A DNA stretch of 60,000 nt from Malacoraja senta (lineage: Eukaryota), in assembly GCA_038087875.1 (NCBI GenBank), contig CM075988.1:24926001-24986000 (forward strand). The letters are read 5' to 3'. The notes below the pieces were generated by a model, which was given only the letters and a program-made list of their open reading frames with translations, made no database searches and was not told the DNA's origin. Both the position numbers and the translations under genes were made by a program. Below are positions 11,631 to 23,630 of the stretch, in pieces (positions within the stretch are counted from its first letter, which is position 1; each line of letters opens with the position of its first letter).

Positions 11631-12569
11631 TTACCCTTTGACAAAATTCAGTTTGAAAAAAATGCTTGGATACAGTTCCATGTTTGCATTCTCACAGAAT
11701 CCTAATTCGGTGCCTGTTAGAACCTGTTCTTGCATCATTTGTGCCTGAATTTACTTTGATGCCTGCCTTTTCCCATTAACAGGTGGGATCGGAGTGCTCA
11801 GCATGCATATTAAAAATCAACACTTTTTTTTGTTTTAATTTTTGGACATTCAGAGGGAAGGATTGTTCTCTTGAATCTGTTGAATTTCTCTCTGGTATGT
11901 AAATTCTTGGGACGTGGGAGCTGCTTGAAGAGTAAGTATATGTATGGCAGGGGACAGTGTTCAGATAGATTGCGGGGTTTGCATGAGGGAGTTAGACATT
12001 GCATGGTAACCACGAGGACTCACCAGGCCTGTCTTCCATTTGCTTACAAAAGTAGCCTTGGTGTCTGTGGCCAAAAGACAGATTTACCCCATTAAAGAGT
12101 AGTTGTAAACTGATTTAGCTTTGAGTTATTGATCCAGTTGGGTATGAGTCCAGTGTTGAGCCCTGATGTGACGCCACAATCCAACTGAGTGAGATTTGCT
12201 CGATGAAGGTACAATCTTGCTGTTTTTCTCTTTACTTTGAACATGGGCTTGTAGTATGACAACGGCAATTCTCATGGCACAATACTGAATGACAGGCACT
12301 CGCATACAAACACACACATGTACACACATGCACGGAAAATCTATAAGACTGCTGTCTCACAATGCAATAGCCTGACTTGCCACTTTGTTTTCTTGTTATT
12401 TGTAAAATAAGACTATTTATTACATTTTACTTCCCTAATTCTTTTATAACAGAACTAAATGGGTATTGAGCGATTTAATTCTGCACCATACCTCCACAGT
12501 GATACTTCATATCACACACATAACTTTCACTCACACACTATATGGGAGACTGTGAGTTTGTGAGTAAAC

Positions 12570-13030
12570 AATCCAAGTCTGTCCAACCTCCCCTTACACT
12601 GTAGCGAATAGCCTCGAATCAAGGCAGCATTCTGGTAAACCTCTTCTGCATACTCTCCAAGATCTCCACATCCTTTCTGTAATGGGGCAACCAGAACTGC
12701 ATGCAATCATCCAAATGCAGCCTCTTAAACTGCATCATGACCTCCTCACTTTTATAGTGCCCCAACCAATGAAGGCAAGCATACCAAATGCTTTCTTCAC
12801 CACCCAATCATCTTGTGATGTCACTTTCAGCATGCTATGGACTTGGATAGCCCTCTGTATCTTAAGGTAGACAAAAGTGCTGGAGAAACTCAGCGGGTGC
12901 AGCAGCATCTATGGAGCGAAGGAAGATTGATCAGTCTGAAGAAGGATTTCGGCCTGAAACTTTGCCTATTTTCTCTGTCTTAATGCTTAGGGTCTTGTAT
13001 TAACTACATACTTTCTCCTTGCATTCAATT
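12570..13030 (-). mobile_element. CR1 fragment with inserted inverted pLTR element (12865-12972)
   Basis: ORF 12619-12807: LHLDDCMQFWLPHYRKDVEILESMQKRFTRMLP. Confidence 0.75.
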
Positions 13031-13981
13031 GAATTGAAGAACAATTTGTGTTTAAACCTTTTCCACTTGCTGCATTTTACTGGTGAAAATATACTTGCAT
13101 CGCACGAAGTTGTTCTAGATTCTTTCTTAAATTCTGACTCACCAGTTCTTTAGATGGATTTTCTCTCCTGACAAATTGATGGGGCAATCAGCTATATATT
13201 GTGAGGCCAGGCATACATCCAACCCTGTCTCCAATGCATTGACGTTGTTGTCAATAGATTGCTTTACCTTAATTTTGTTTGAACACATTTTCCGATTACA
13301 TAAGAATATTGGCATGCTGAGAATAAAAGGTTGCTTCCCCAAGAGTAAACAGATGGCCAAGGAGGAAACAAATAATCTACTTTCTTTCTTTTTACCCGTG
13401 AAAAGGCAAGAAACCACAAGGATAGACAGACTGGTGACAGATTATAGGAACGTGAAGGAGGGGTTGGCAGTGAAGGCTCGATGATCATCATGACCTTTCC
13501 AAGAGTTAGGCTATGGGGGTGAGAAGGTGATCAAACAGTTAGAACAGTTAATAAAGTGGGAAGAGGTAGATAGGAGCGGTGAGGTAGGGGGAGGGCACAT
13601 ATGCCCAAGGAAAGGGTGAAGGAGGGAAGACTGGGGCTATCAAAGAGGAAGAGGGGCAAGCATGTATGGGGAGAGAGAGGAACATGGAGAAGGAATTAAA
13701 GAGAGAGGGGTGGGCGTTCAGATGGAGGGGCAGATGGAGAAAATGAGGTACATGAGTTTACCAAAAGGGAATAGATGGAGTAAGGTGAAAAGAGGAGGAC
13801 AGTAATGGAGCATGAATGGGTGTACGGTGCAGACATTATAGGGCATTACAACAGAATGGATGAAATGGCGTAATAGTGATTCAGAGGTGGAGCTGGAAGA
13901 GGGATCACAGGGAGAAATGAGGCCTAGTGGACTGGGTCTTCCTTATTTTACTGTATTGGGGTGTGAAGTAAAGTAGCCCAG

Positions 13982-14289
13982 AGACAATAGACAATAGGTG
14001 CAGGAGTAGGCCATTCGGCCCTTCGAGCCAGCACCGCCATTCAATGGGATCATGGCTGATCATCCCCAATCAGTACCCCGTTCCTGCCTTCTCCCCATAT
14101 CCCCTGACTCCGCTATTTTTAAGAGCCCTATCTAGCTCTCTCATGAAAGCTTCCAGAGAACCTGCCTCCACCGCCCTCTGAGGCAGAGAATTCCACAGAC
14201 TCACCACTCTCTGTGAGAAAAAGTGTTTCCTCGTCTCCGTTCTAAATGGCTTACTCCTTATTCTTAAACGGTGGCCCCTGGTTCTGGAC
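13982..14289 (-). mobile_element. Young HER1/CR1 3' end with (ATTGTCT)n tail
   Basis: SRTRGHRLRIRSKPFRTETRKHFFSQRVVSLWNSLPQRAVEAGSL; near-identical copies at 19783, 25300, 27262 and 35044. Confidence 0.9.
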
Positions 14290-14414
14290 CCATCCCTGCT
14301 GAACAAGGTGCAGCATTTACACACTTAACTATATGTAAAATTAAAATATGAGGTCCCGAGCGGCATTGGGAAGTAAAAAAAACCTAGTGAAAAAGCCTTT
14401 GATTGTGGTGATAT

Positions 14415-15185
14415 GATGTGATGGTAGCATGGTGGTTCATTTACTGGATACACAGCCAGATTGTTGGACTACTGATCCAGGGATATGTTCAAATCCAACC
14501 ATTCCAGCTGAAGAATTGAAGTTCCAAGGAGTTCAACGGAACTGTAATATAAAAAATCCACTTTCAGTGACAACAACCAGGAAACTTTTAATTTGTTGTA
14601 AAAAATCTTCTCGTTCCTGAGGAGAAAGATATCTTTCATCCATACACGATCTAGCCTGTATGAAGGTAGACAAAAGTGCTGGAGAAACTCAGTGGGTGCA
14701 GCAGCTATCGCTCATTAACCCATCGCTCTGGACCCATCGCTCATTAACCAACCTGATCTCCCGGTGGCTCAGCACTTCAACTCCCCCTCCCATTCCAAAT
14801 CCGACCTTTCTGTCCTGGGCCTCCTCCATGGCCAGAGTGAGCACCACCGGAAATTGGAGGAGCAGCACCTCATATTCCTCTTGGGCAGTCTGCACCCTAG
14901 CGGCATAAACCTTGACTTCTCCAATTTCCGGTAGCCCTTGCTGTCTCCTCCCCTTCTCAGCTTTCCCTCAGCCCTCGGGCTCCTCCTCTTCATTTTTCCT
15001 TTCTTCTTCCTGCCCCCCCCCCCTTCCACCCCCACTCTACATCAGTCTGAAGAAGGGTTTCGGCCCTCGAAAAGTTGCCTATTTCCTTTCTCCCTCCCTC
15101 CTAGCCTGTATGAAACCCAAAATGTGCTTCACTCTTCCCTTACAGGGCCAATCAGGGACAACAATAAATTGTGTCTGCCTACAGT
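14415..15185 (+). mobile_element. Old tRNA-derived SINE with CR1/L2-like tail, split by a Penelope insertion
   Basis: Head ggtagcatggtgg...gttcaaatcc (A/B-box-like); tail agggccaatcagggacaacaataaat. Confidence 0.55.
14662..15100. mobile_element. Penelope insertion: inverted pLTR piece plus GIY-YIG C-terminus/3'UTR/hammerhead
   Basis: Perfect 14-bp TSD ctagcctgtatgaa at 14651-14664 and 15101-15114; plus strand encodes PVAQHFNSPSHS..RKLEEQHLIFLLGSLHP. Confidence 0.9.
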
Positions 15186-15699
15186 ATCTACATTCCATGA
15201 ATATATATATATATATACAATAGCTTCAAAGCATAGAAACAATGAACTACATACACATTAATTCATTTGACCATTGTTTGAATGCATACAATTACCTCTC
15301 CACATAACAACACCTGTTTTGCCCCCCCATGAATGTAAAGGAAGTCATACAAATTTAAATTGTATTTTCACTGGCTCACACATTCCAAAATGTTCATTAA
15401 TTTTAACGATGCCTGAGTCTGATCCTGATAAATGATACTTGTGTAGATGATGTAATTATTTGTCTGTGTCTTATGTTAGACCCAGTGTTGTATTATCAAG
15501 AGAATGGCATTTTTTTACGGCAGTTGTTATGCACCTACCAGATTTAATATTTCCCAGCTTCAATATGAGTCTCTTTGCATTACATTTAGACTCTAATTCC
15601 CCTCCTTTTCAGATCGGTGTATACCCACCAGAAGTGCAGGAGAATAATATGGCAGTCATCAATTTTGCATGTTGTCTCTGCTGTAACATCTAAACAAGA

Positions 15700-16600
15700 A
15701 AGATTACTGCAAGCCTATTGTACCATTGGAAAACAGGAAATCTGTTTTGTGATATTGATTAAGTGATAGTATTGCCCGGGACATCAGAGAAAATTTCCCT
15801 TCTCACCTTCTAGTAGTTCTATGGGATCTTTTGCATCTGCCTGAAAGAACAGCTCTCTTTATGAGAGGGACAGCATTGTGGTGCAACGCTGCCTCATAGA
15901 GCCAGAGACCTGGGTTTGATCCTGACTACGGGTGCTGTTTGTAAGAGTTTGGACATTCTCCCCGTGAAACTTGTGTGGGTTTTCTCCGGGTACTCTGCTT
16001 TCGTAGAGTTATAGAGTGATACAGTGTGGAAACGGGCCCTTCGGCCCAACTTGTCCATACCGGCCCATGTACACTAGTCCCACCTGCCTGCGCTTGGTCC
16101 CTATCCCTCCAAACCTTTCCTATCCATGTACCTGTCTAACTGTTTCTTAAATGTAGGGATATTACCAGCCTCAACTACCTCCTCTGGCAGCTTGTTCCAT
16201 ACACCCACCACCCTTTATGTGAAAAAGTTACCCCTCAGATTCCTATTAAATCTTTTCCCCTTCACCTTGAACCTATGTCCTCTGTTCCTCAATTCCCCAA
16301 CTCTGGGCTGGAGCGGGCAACCCACACTTCAAAGGTATGCAGGTTTGTAGGTTAATTGGTTTCGGTAAAAAATGTAAATTGTCCCTAGTGTGTGTGCTTA
16401 GGATGGTGATCGCTGGTCGGTGTGGACTCGGTGGGTCGTAGTGTCTGTTTCTCTAAACTAAATAAATCTCTTTAATGATTTGTCTGAAGCCGACACCTAT
16501 GCAGTCAACAATGCAGCCCTTCCTCAGTATTGTAGGGGTGTGTCAGCCAGGGCTATTTGTCTTCTAAATAAGAGCTGAGCACACTATCATTGAACGGCAG
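15700..16600 (-). mobile_element. Decayed Deu-domain SINE (SacSINE1-like) split by HE1
   Basis: atctgttttgtgatattg...tatgggatcttttgcatctgcctga; related remnants at ~17300, 22790-23290, 28860-29110, 33290-33460, 39290-39640, 41650-41830 and 51620-51990 (+). Confidence 0.55.
15868..16466 (+). mobile_element. HE1 V-SINE with a nested minus-strand CR1 3' fragment (16003-16306)
   Basis: B-box gggtttgatcc ~15912; V-domain resumes ~16320; tail tctctaaactaaa. Confidence 0.85.
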
Positions 16601-16649
16601 CCTTATAGATGTATGCGTGCACCTGTGTGTCTGTGTGTGAGTGTGAGAG

Positions 16650-17130
16650 AGAGATCACTTTAATTGAAATTAAACTTGTAGCCATTGGTTGAAATTATCA
16701 CCAGAGGAGTTTTATCCTGAAAAAGAATATTAATTATGATTTGTGTATTTTTTAATAAAGACCCAGAAAAACAAAGGCTGCTATTATATAACTGATACTT
16801 ACTCGGGAAAATTAATGTGCTTGAGCGATAATGATATTAAAACTTTGACAGCCCCCAATTCCAGGTTCCGTATAAGCTATTATGAAACAATTTTAAACCT
16901 AAATAATTATAATAATTTGTGTAATTACAATAATTTGGTTAAAGCCAGTAGCTATTGTGAATTAATGAGGGGTTTTGGAGTTCACTGTCAATCTGACTTC
17001 GGGCCTCTTGAGCGCAATGTTTTGGTTGAACAGCGTTTCTGCTGCATGAACAGCTGTTGCTCTGTTTGTTGTCCACTGAACCTCGAGGTCAAAGATTGAT
17101 TAATTTTAAGCAGCATTTTGGAAAAGTCTG
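16650..17130. promoter_or_regulatory. Candidate conserved non-coding element/enhancer
   Basis: Non-repetitive AT-rich block with multiple TAATTA, TGACAG (16846), CTGTCA (16985) and TGATTAAT (17097); conservation not tested. Confidence 0.5.
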
Positions 17131-17640
17131 TTAACAAGACTTTGCTCCCCTGATCGGGGTTTTATGAACTAATATAAAAACTACAGCACGGAAACGGACC
17201 CTTTCGTCTGTTTTGAGCCCATCAGCAAATACCTCTCCCCTCTGTGTCATTATTTAGCTTCCCTTTAAACTCCCACAAACAGCCGTGTGATTTTCTATCT
17301 ACTGTGATATTGCTTCACGAATAAATATTGGCAGAACACAGATAGAATTCCTTTGGTCTATTTCAAAATTGTCACATTGGAAGTGTCACAGTGTCATGGT
17401 GGGTGACTGGCCTTCAAACTAGCAATTCATCCAATGCTTTTCTCCTCCAACTCTGCAGTATTCCTTCCTTCTATAGTCAGCCCTAACCTTGTGTTCTTGA
17501 ACTAACAGCTTAACAGAAGCAGGAGACAGGAGGTTGAGCACTGTGCTGGAAGTGAAGGATAGGCTCGGAGGAAGACAGGGCTCAGGGAGGATAGGGAGGG
17601 CATCAATATAGGGAAGAGAAGCAATGCAGAGGATCTGTAG

Positions 17641-17912
17641 GAATTTGATTTGATTTGATTTGATTTCATTTATTGTCATTGTCTTCAATGAAGAGTCAAC
17701 AAAATTATTTTTCCCTTACAGTCATACAAAAAAAACAACAAAACCCCCCTCACAAAACACAGAACCCAGTAGTCCACAACACAAACATCCCCACAGCAGC
17801 ACCAAAGTTCCCCACTGTGAGGGAAGGAACCAAAGTCCAGTCAACCTCCTAGCCGATGTTCCCCAATGTTCACCCGTGGTCGGGGCCGGGGCCTCCCGAG
17901 CATCCCGTAGTC
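17641..17912 (-). mobile_element. Non-autonomous retroposon with Rex1-type tail (tgacaataaa + (AAATC)n)
   Basis: Tail at 17641-17680; internal motif shared with 33744-33801; adjacent pLTR copy 17914-18014 (-). Confidence 0.55.
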
Positions 17913-18112
17913 AAAGAAGGAACTGCAGATGCTGGTTTAGACAGAAGATAGACACAAAAAGCTGGAGTAACTCAGCTGGACAGGCAGCATCTCTGGAGAG
18001 AAGGAATGTGTGACAATGCAGAGGACCCTGAGAACCTACTTACAACCAACAGTCAAGACCATGGCAATGATGGACTGCGGTGAGGCAGGAGACCAGGGAA
18101 GCAAAAAGGAAT

Positions 18113-18693
18113 GATACATAGATACATAGTCAATAGGAACAGGAGTAGGCCATTCTATCCTTCAAGCCGGCACTGCCATTCAATGTGATCATGGCTGATC
18201 ATCCACAATCAGTACCCCGTTCCTGCCTAATCCCCACATCCCTTGATTCCGCTAGCCCTGAGAGCTCTATCTAACTCTCTTTTGAATGCACCTGGTGAAT
18301 CGGCCTCCACTGCCTTCTGAGGCAGAGAATTCCACAAGTTCACAACTCTCTGGGTGAAAATGTTTTTACTCATCTCAGTTCCAAATGGCCTACCCCATAT
18401 TCTTAAACTGTGATCCCTGGTTCTGGACTCCCCCAACATCGGGAACATTTTGTCCTGCATCTAGCATGTCTAATCCCTTAATAATTTTATATGTTTCTAT
18501 AAAATCCCCTCTCATCCTTCTAAATTCCAGTGAATACAAGCCCAGTCGCTCCATTCTCTCAGCATATGACAGTCCCGCTATCCCGGGAATTAACCTGGTG
18601 AACCTACGCTGCACTCCCTCAATAGCAAGAATGTCCTTCCTCAAATTAGGAGACCAAAACTGCGCACAATACTCCAGGTGTGGTCTCACCAGG
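18113..18693 (-). mobile_element. CR1 LINE 3' ~580 bp
   Basis: RPHLEYCAQFWSPNLRKDILAIEGVQRRFTRLIPG...IETYKIIKGLD...LWNSLPQKAVEA. Confidence 0.92.
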
Positions 18694-18740
18694 GAACCAA
18701 GTCAGTTAAAGAAGGGAGGGACGACACAGAGAAAGAGAAA

Positions 18741-18918
18741 GTTTAAGAAAGAACTGCGGATGCTGGAAAAATCGAAGGTTGACAAAAATGCTGGAGAAAT
18801 TCAGCGGGTGAGGCAGCATCTATGGGTGCCCTTGGGTCTCGACCCGAAACGTCACCTATTCCTTCGCTCCATAGATACTGCCTCACCCGCTGAGTTTCTC
18901 CAGCATTTTTGTCTACCT
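18741..18918. mobile_element. Inverted dimer pLTR element
   Basis: TSD cagagaaagagaa at 18727-18739 and 18919-18931. Confidence 0.9.
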
Positions 18919-19782
18919 CAGAGAAAGAGAATGATTGGATAGTGAGAAAAAAAGAAAGAGAGGTTGACAGATAAGCAAATAAAGATGAGAGAGAAGAGGA
19001 AGAAACCAACGGAAACAGACAACAAAAGGCCGAACAAAGGCTGGTTAAAACCTAGTTAAAGGATCAGAAAAAGGATGCAGAAAAAGACGTGATGGAGACT
19101 GACAAACAGATGCAAATAGAGACTAATAGAATGCAGAGAGAGAGAGAGAGAGAGCAGAAGATGTGCGAATATTACTCTGCCAATATCTTTCATCCACTGG
19201 CTGACATTACCCACACAGTTGGGAGGAGAATGGAGGAGGGAGGAAACTTAAAAAATCGCATGAATTTGACGGCTGTGGTGCGAATTGTGTTTAGCACTTG
19301 AGTGCACATAGAATATTGCCTCATAATCTAATTTTGCTAAGGCCAGACCCGATGGTCTGAGTTCCCCTGGCTCCGTATTGCCTGCACCTAGGAGATCTGC
19401 GCAAACATTTGCACAGATGCAAGAAGAGCTCCTCGAGTTGCGATGGGTGTGATGACGCTAAGTTTCAAGGGAAACGATTCCAATTTCCAGTCAAAGCCGG
19501 GGAACAAAATTTCAGAAACAGAAGCAGTGTTCAGCTCGCATATGTAACCTAATTACGTGTTTTGTAAGGGCACAAAGAATGAATTTCTCACTGTAGAATT
19601 TACAGCACAAATACTGCTTCTGATCAAAAGTATGTCAGAAATCTGAAACTGATACCTCAAAAGATGCGGGTGATCTATTGGGATTTTCCAGACTGGGATT
19701 GATAGGTTTGTTGGAGGAAGACTTGGACATAGGTCGGGAGGGATTGGTCCAGGAAGGAGAGGATGGCGTCGAGGTACGTGGA

Positions 19783-20156
19783 ATAGACAATAGACAATAG
19801 GTGCAGGAGTAGGCCATTCGGCCCTTCGAGCCAGCACCGCCATTCAATGTGATCATGGCTGATCATCCCCAATCAGTACCCCGTTCCTGCCTTCTCCCCA
19901 TATCCCCTGACTCCGCTATTTTTAAGAGCCCTACCTAACTCTCTCTTGAAAGCATCCAGAGAACCTGCCTCCACCGACCGCCCTCTTGAGGCAGAGAATT
20001 CCACAGACTCACCACTCTCTGTGAGAAAAAGTGTTTCCTCGTCTCCGTTCTAAATGGCTTACCCCTTATTCTTAAACTGTGGCCCCTGGTTCTGGACTCC
20101 CCCAACATCGGGGAACATGTTTGTGTGTCCAAGCCTGTAACAATCTTATATGTTTC
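19783..20156 (-). mobile_element. Young HER1/CR1 3' end
   Basis: (ATTGTCT)n tail; ETYKIVTGLD...RVVSLWNSLPQ. Confidence 0.9.
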
Positions 20157-20779
20157 ACGAAATGATCTCAGGTTTGTGTTAGGCAAGTGTATTAAGGATC
20201 ACACAATCAAGCCTTAGATTGACAAATTTAAGAACTGATCAGGCATGATCTAATTGAACGGCCATAGGTTTGAAGGGCTGAATGGCCTCCTCCTGGTCCT
20301 TGCTAATTGATGAGTCTACAGCAGCATTTATGCTCCACATGTGTCTCCTCCCATTTCCAATTAACTGCATCCTTCCATTCCAGTCTCCCCTGTGTAAGAT
20401 AGCCTCCCCTTAAAAGCAGCCTGGCACTATCCTACCGTGATAGCCTGGGGCTGATCAGCAAACCCAGATTTAATTCAGGCCATCATGATCCCACTTGGAA
20501 ACAATCAATTGTACTAACAGGGCTTTTTGTCCAGTCTAGATCCCTGATGGATACAGGAGCTGCAAGGGTCTGTAAGCAGGCTCTGTTTTGACGGCTGCTT
20601 TTAGAGTGTCAGATTCTTATTTGGTCTAGCAGACGGGAAGACTTGTCACATTGTAAAAACATCAAATATTTGCACTAATCACTGCCTCCCCACCCCCTAC
20701 CTTTCTTCTTTCTTTCAGCAAGTCCAGAGATCTTTGGCAGACAAAACAATGGGAAGGAGATGAGAAGCCCTGCCGTGGT

Positions 20780-21200
20780 GCCTCAGCAGGCTATAGCTGA
20801 GCCTGATTTAATTACTCTCCACCGCTAACCCAAAATGCCTACAGTCCCCATGCCAATTAGGCAGCCAAAGATAAACCTGTCGATAAAGGTGAGAAATTCT
20901 ACATCTGTCTTTTCGCACTTTTTCAAAGAGCTTTCTTAATGACAAGCAATTAAATATCAGGCCTTCTCCAGAATCACTGCTGGCAGTGCAGGGCGGTGTG
21001 AGATTTTTGGTGTTTGCTAATTAGTTTTCACACCCTTCCCAAAAGTTTGCTTAATTTTTTTCATGCAAAACCTTGGGGCATTTCATTTGACATTTGAAAA
21101 TACATTCCTGATGTTCCACCCTCTTTTCAGAGCATAAGTAACAAAAACTTGTATGAAATATCACACTTTCGATGTAATAAACTTTGCAAGGTAATTCAGG
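20780..21200. promoter_or_regulatory. Candidate CNE/enhancer
   Basis: Unique sequence with TGATTTAATTA (20804), CCAATTAG, CTAATTAG and TGACA motifs; conservation not tested. Confidence 0.4.
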
Positions 21201-21227
21201 GGAACAATAGCACTAACAGAGGTGTCA

Positions 21228-21500
21228 GATCATAAGGTCATAAGGAATTGGAGTAGAATTAGGCCATTCGGCCCATCAAGTCAACTCCGTCATTCAATCA
21301 TGGCTGATCTGTCACCCCCTCCTCCTGCCTTAACTGACACCTGTACTAATCATGTTTAAGAAGGAACTGCAGATGCTGGAAAAATCGAAGATAGATAAAA
21401 ATGCTGGAGAAACTCAACAGGGTGAGGCAGCATCTATGGAGCGAAGGAATAGGTGACGTTTCGGGTCGAGACCCTTCTTCAGACACTGAAGAAGGGTCTC
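21228..21500 (-). mobile_element. CR1 3' tail followed by a pLTR element (21353-21500) with intact hammerhead core at 21455-21482 (minus)
   Basis: ggccattcggcccatc..; reverse complement CTGAAGAAGGGTCTCGACCCGAAACGTC. Confidence 0.8.
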
Positions 21501-22200
21501 TCATGGATGTTGGGCACCGGTCTCAACTAAAACATGTCACCAGAAATTGGTTGATAAAATCATGAGACTTCCTTCAGGAATTTGTTTTTCATTCCATGTG
21601 TAATATTTTGACCATGCTATTGAACATGGGAGGGTTTTTAATATTTTCAAGCACCATCCTTGAGCCAGCTGTGATAGTTAGATAGTTAATAGGAATATCT
21701 GTTCCACCTAGAGTTTTATTAAAGCTCGGGTTGTGGCCTATATTTTAACCCAGGACAGAAAATGGGCACCAATGCATTCAATGTCTGTGAGTGCCTGTGC
21801 GATGAGGGAGGAACCTCAGAGACATTGTTGCTGCCTCTCTTTTTTGTTCTCACAATGTAACCCTGTCCAGAAGCTAACCGATCATCCTTAGATGTAACAT
21901 TGCTCGATCTTCATAGACTGAACACAGGAAGGGGAAAGAACATTAAAATGACCTGTGTTTATGGAAGACCTGGGATCACATCAACAAGCCCTGTCTCAAG
22001 GTGCTTCATACAAATTACTTTTGATGTGCACCGTAAGTTTTGAAGCCAAGTTCCTGTTGTTATGAAGGTTCGACAGAGCGGGCCATTTGCTCACAGCGGG
22101 AGCTCGGAAGAAGCAAAGATTGTTTGATATCTTTTTATCCCTCTGAGAACGATATCTTCCTTCAAGTCTGACTTTATATGCATCTCCCCACTTCTTTTAA

Positions 22201-22338
22201 CGTAGACAAAAATGCTGGAGAAACGACCCAAAACTTCACCTATTCCTTCTCTCCATAGATGCTGCCTCACCCGCTGAGTTTCTCCAGCATTTTTGTCTAC
22301 CTTTGATTTTTCCAGCATCTGCAGTTCCTTCTTAAACA
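22201..22338. mobile_element. pLTR element with short inverted arm
   Basis: TSD cccacttcttttaa at 22187-22200 and 22344-22357. Confidence 0.85.
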
Positions 22339-23075
22339 TTTTACCCACTTCTTTTAATGTCAGCTGAGCACAAAACCCGCCCACATTTTATTTCCAATTC
22401 TCTATCTCACCTTCTTTCATTTTCCTAAATCTCTTTGACCAAACTTTGGTGGCTCAGTGCCGATTTTTATTCGATAATCTTTGAAACACCTTACAACATT
22501 TCACGATATTAAAATCACTTTACAAATCCAAGTTGTGTCCAATTTATCGTGGTATTAATTGAAGAAATGACACAATAACACTTTTACCTCTTAAAAATGA
22601 CAGTAGATCAACGGCATGAGCTTGGAAAAGGTTCTCTGTTTGTTTCCTGCAGAAGTACACCTCGTGGTAGTAGTCCACCTGTGATGCAATCGAGTATCAA
22701 TGCAGATTATAACATCCCCTGTTGTTGGTCTTGAACCCATGACTTGCTTTTTCAGAGAAAGAAGGAACATGACAATAACCTCTCTTGACTTGACTTAGAT
22801 TTCTATCGCAGCTTTCACAATTTCAGTACAACCCCAAAAAATACAGTCACACAAAATGTAAGAAATCTGGCACTGAAGTTACACCCAATAAGGACAGGAT
22901 TATCTGTTTAAGTGATCTTGGTAATGTGATAAATATTAATCTGGACAACCAAAAGAACTTTACTTTTACTTGAAATATATAATTGCATCTTGTACATCGA
23001 CCTGAGAGGGCAGACAGAGCCCCAGCTTAACTACATGGTGCCTCTGAAACCACGGCTCTCAATCAGTATCAGTGC

Positions 23076-23204
23076 CTGAAGAAGGGTTTCGGCCCGAAAT
23101 GTTGCCTATTTCCTTCGCTCCATAGATGCTGCTGCACCCGTTGAGTTTCTCCAGCAATTTTGTCTACCTTTGATTTTCCAGCATCTGCAGTTCCTTCTTA
23201 AACA
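23076..23204 (+). mobile_element. Solo pLTR/hammerhead monomer inserted in a Deu-SINE
   Basis: TSD cagtatcagtgc at 23064-23075 and 23205-23216; insert begins at CTGAAGA. Confidence 0.9.
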
Positions 23205-23379
23205 CAGTATCAGTGCCATTAGCTTAGACTTTGGACTCTAATCTCTGTAAAGGGCTTGAATTCACGATCTTCTGACTTGAAGATGGCATTTCCCACACTG
23301 AATTCCAGCGATCGTCCCTTGTAGGATAGCTATGAGTAAAAAGTGTAAGAAAAGCTTGTGCATACGGATGTTATAACCA

Positions 23380-23630
23380 AGTTGAGACTGACTTAGTCCC
23401 CACTGCAGAATTAAATAAATTGAAGAGCGCAGACTGCTAATGGTGTGCCAGTCTATTAGAGGCAATGACTTAAATGGAGGACCAGAGTGTTACATTGACT
23501 CTGCATCGCAGGGTGTATTTCATTACTCGCTGGCATGTAGATGTTAATGATCACCCCATGCTGGGGTTTACTGGTTTGCAAGGAAGCTTGTTCCGCACTC
23601 TGAATGAGCTTTAATAAACCACCATTTCTC
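23380..23630. promoter_or_regulatory. Candidate CNE
   Basis: Unique non-repeat block between TE clusters with homeobox-like TAAT motifs. Confidence 0.3.

Noticed and set aside
15868..15930. tRNA-like A/B boxes (also 2820-2908, 14415-14500, 38045-38079)
   Set aside because: SINE heads continuing into SINE bodies; no complete cloverleaf
16743..17099. 118-aa ORF over the CNE-like block
   Set aside because: Non-ATG start, Asn-rich from TAAT repeats, no recognisable family; a regulatory reading fits better
18385..18942. 185-aa plus-strand ORF
   Set aside because: Antisense of CR1 read through into a pLTR dimer
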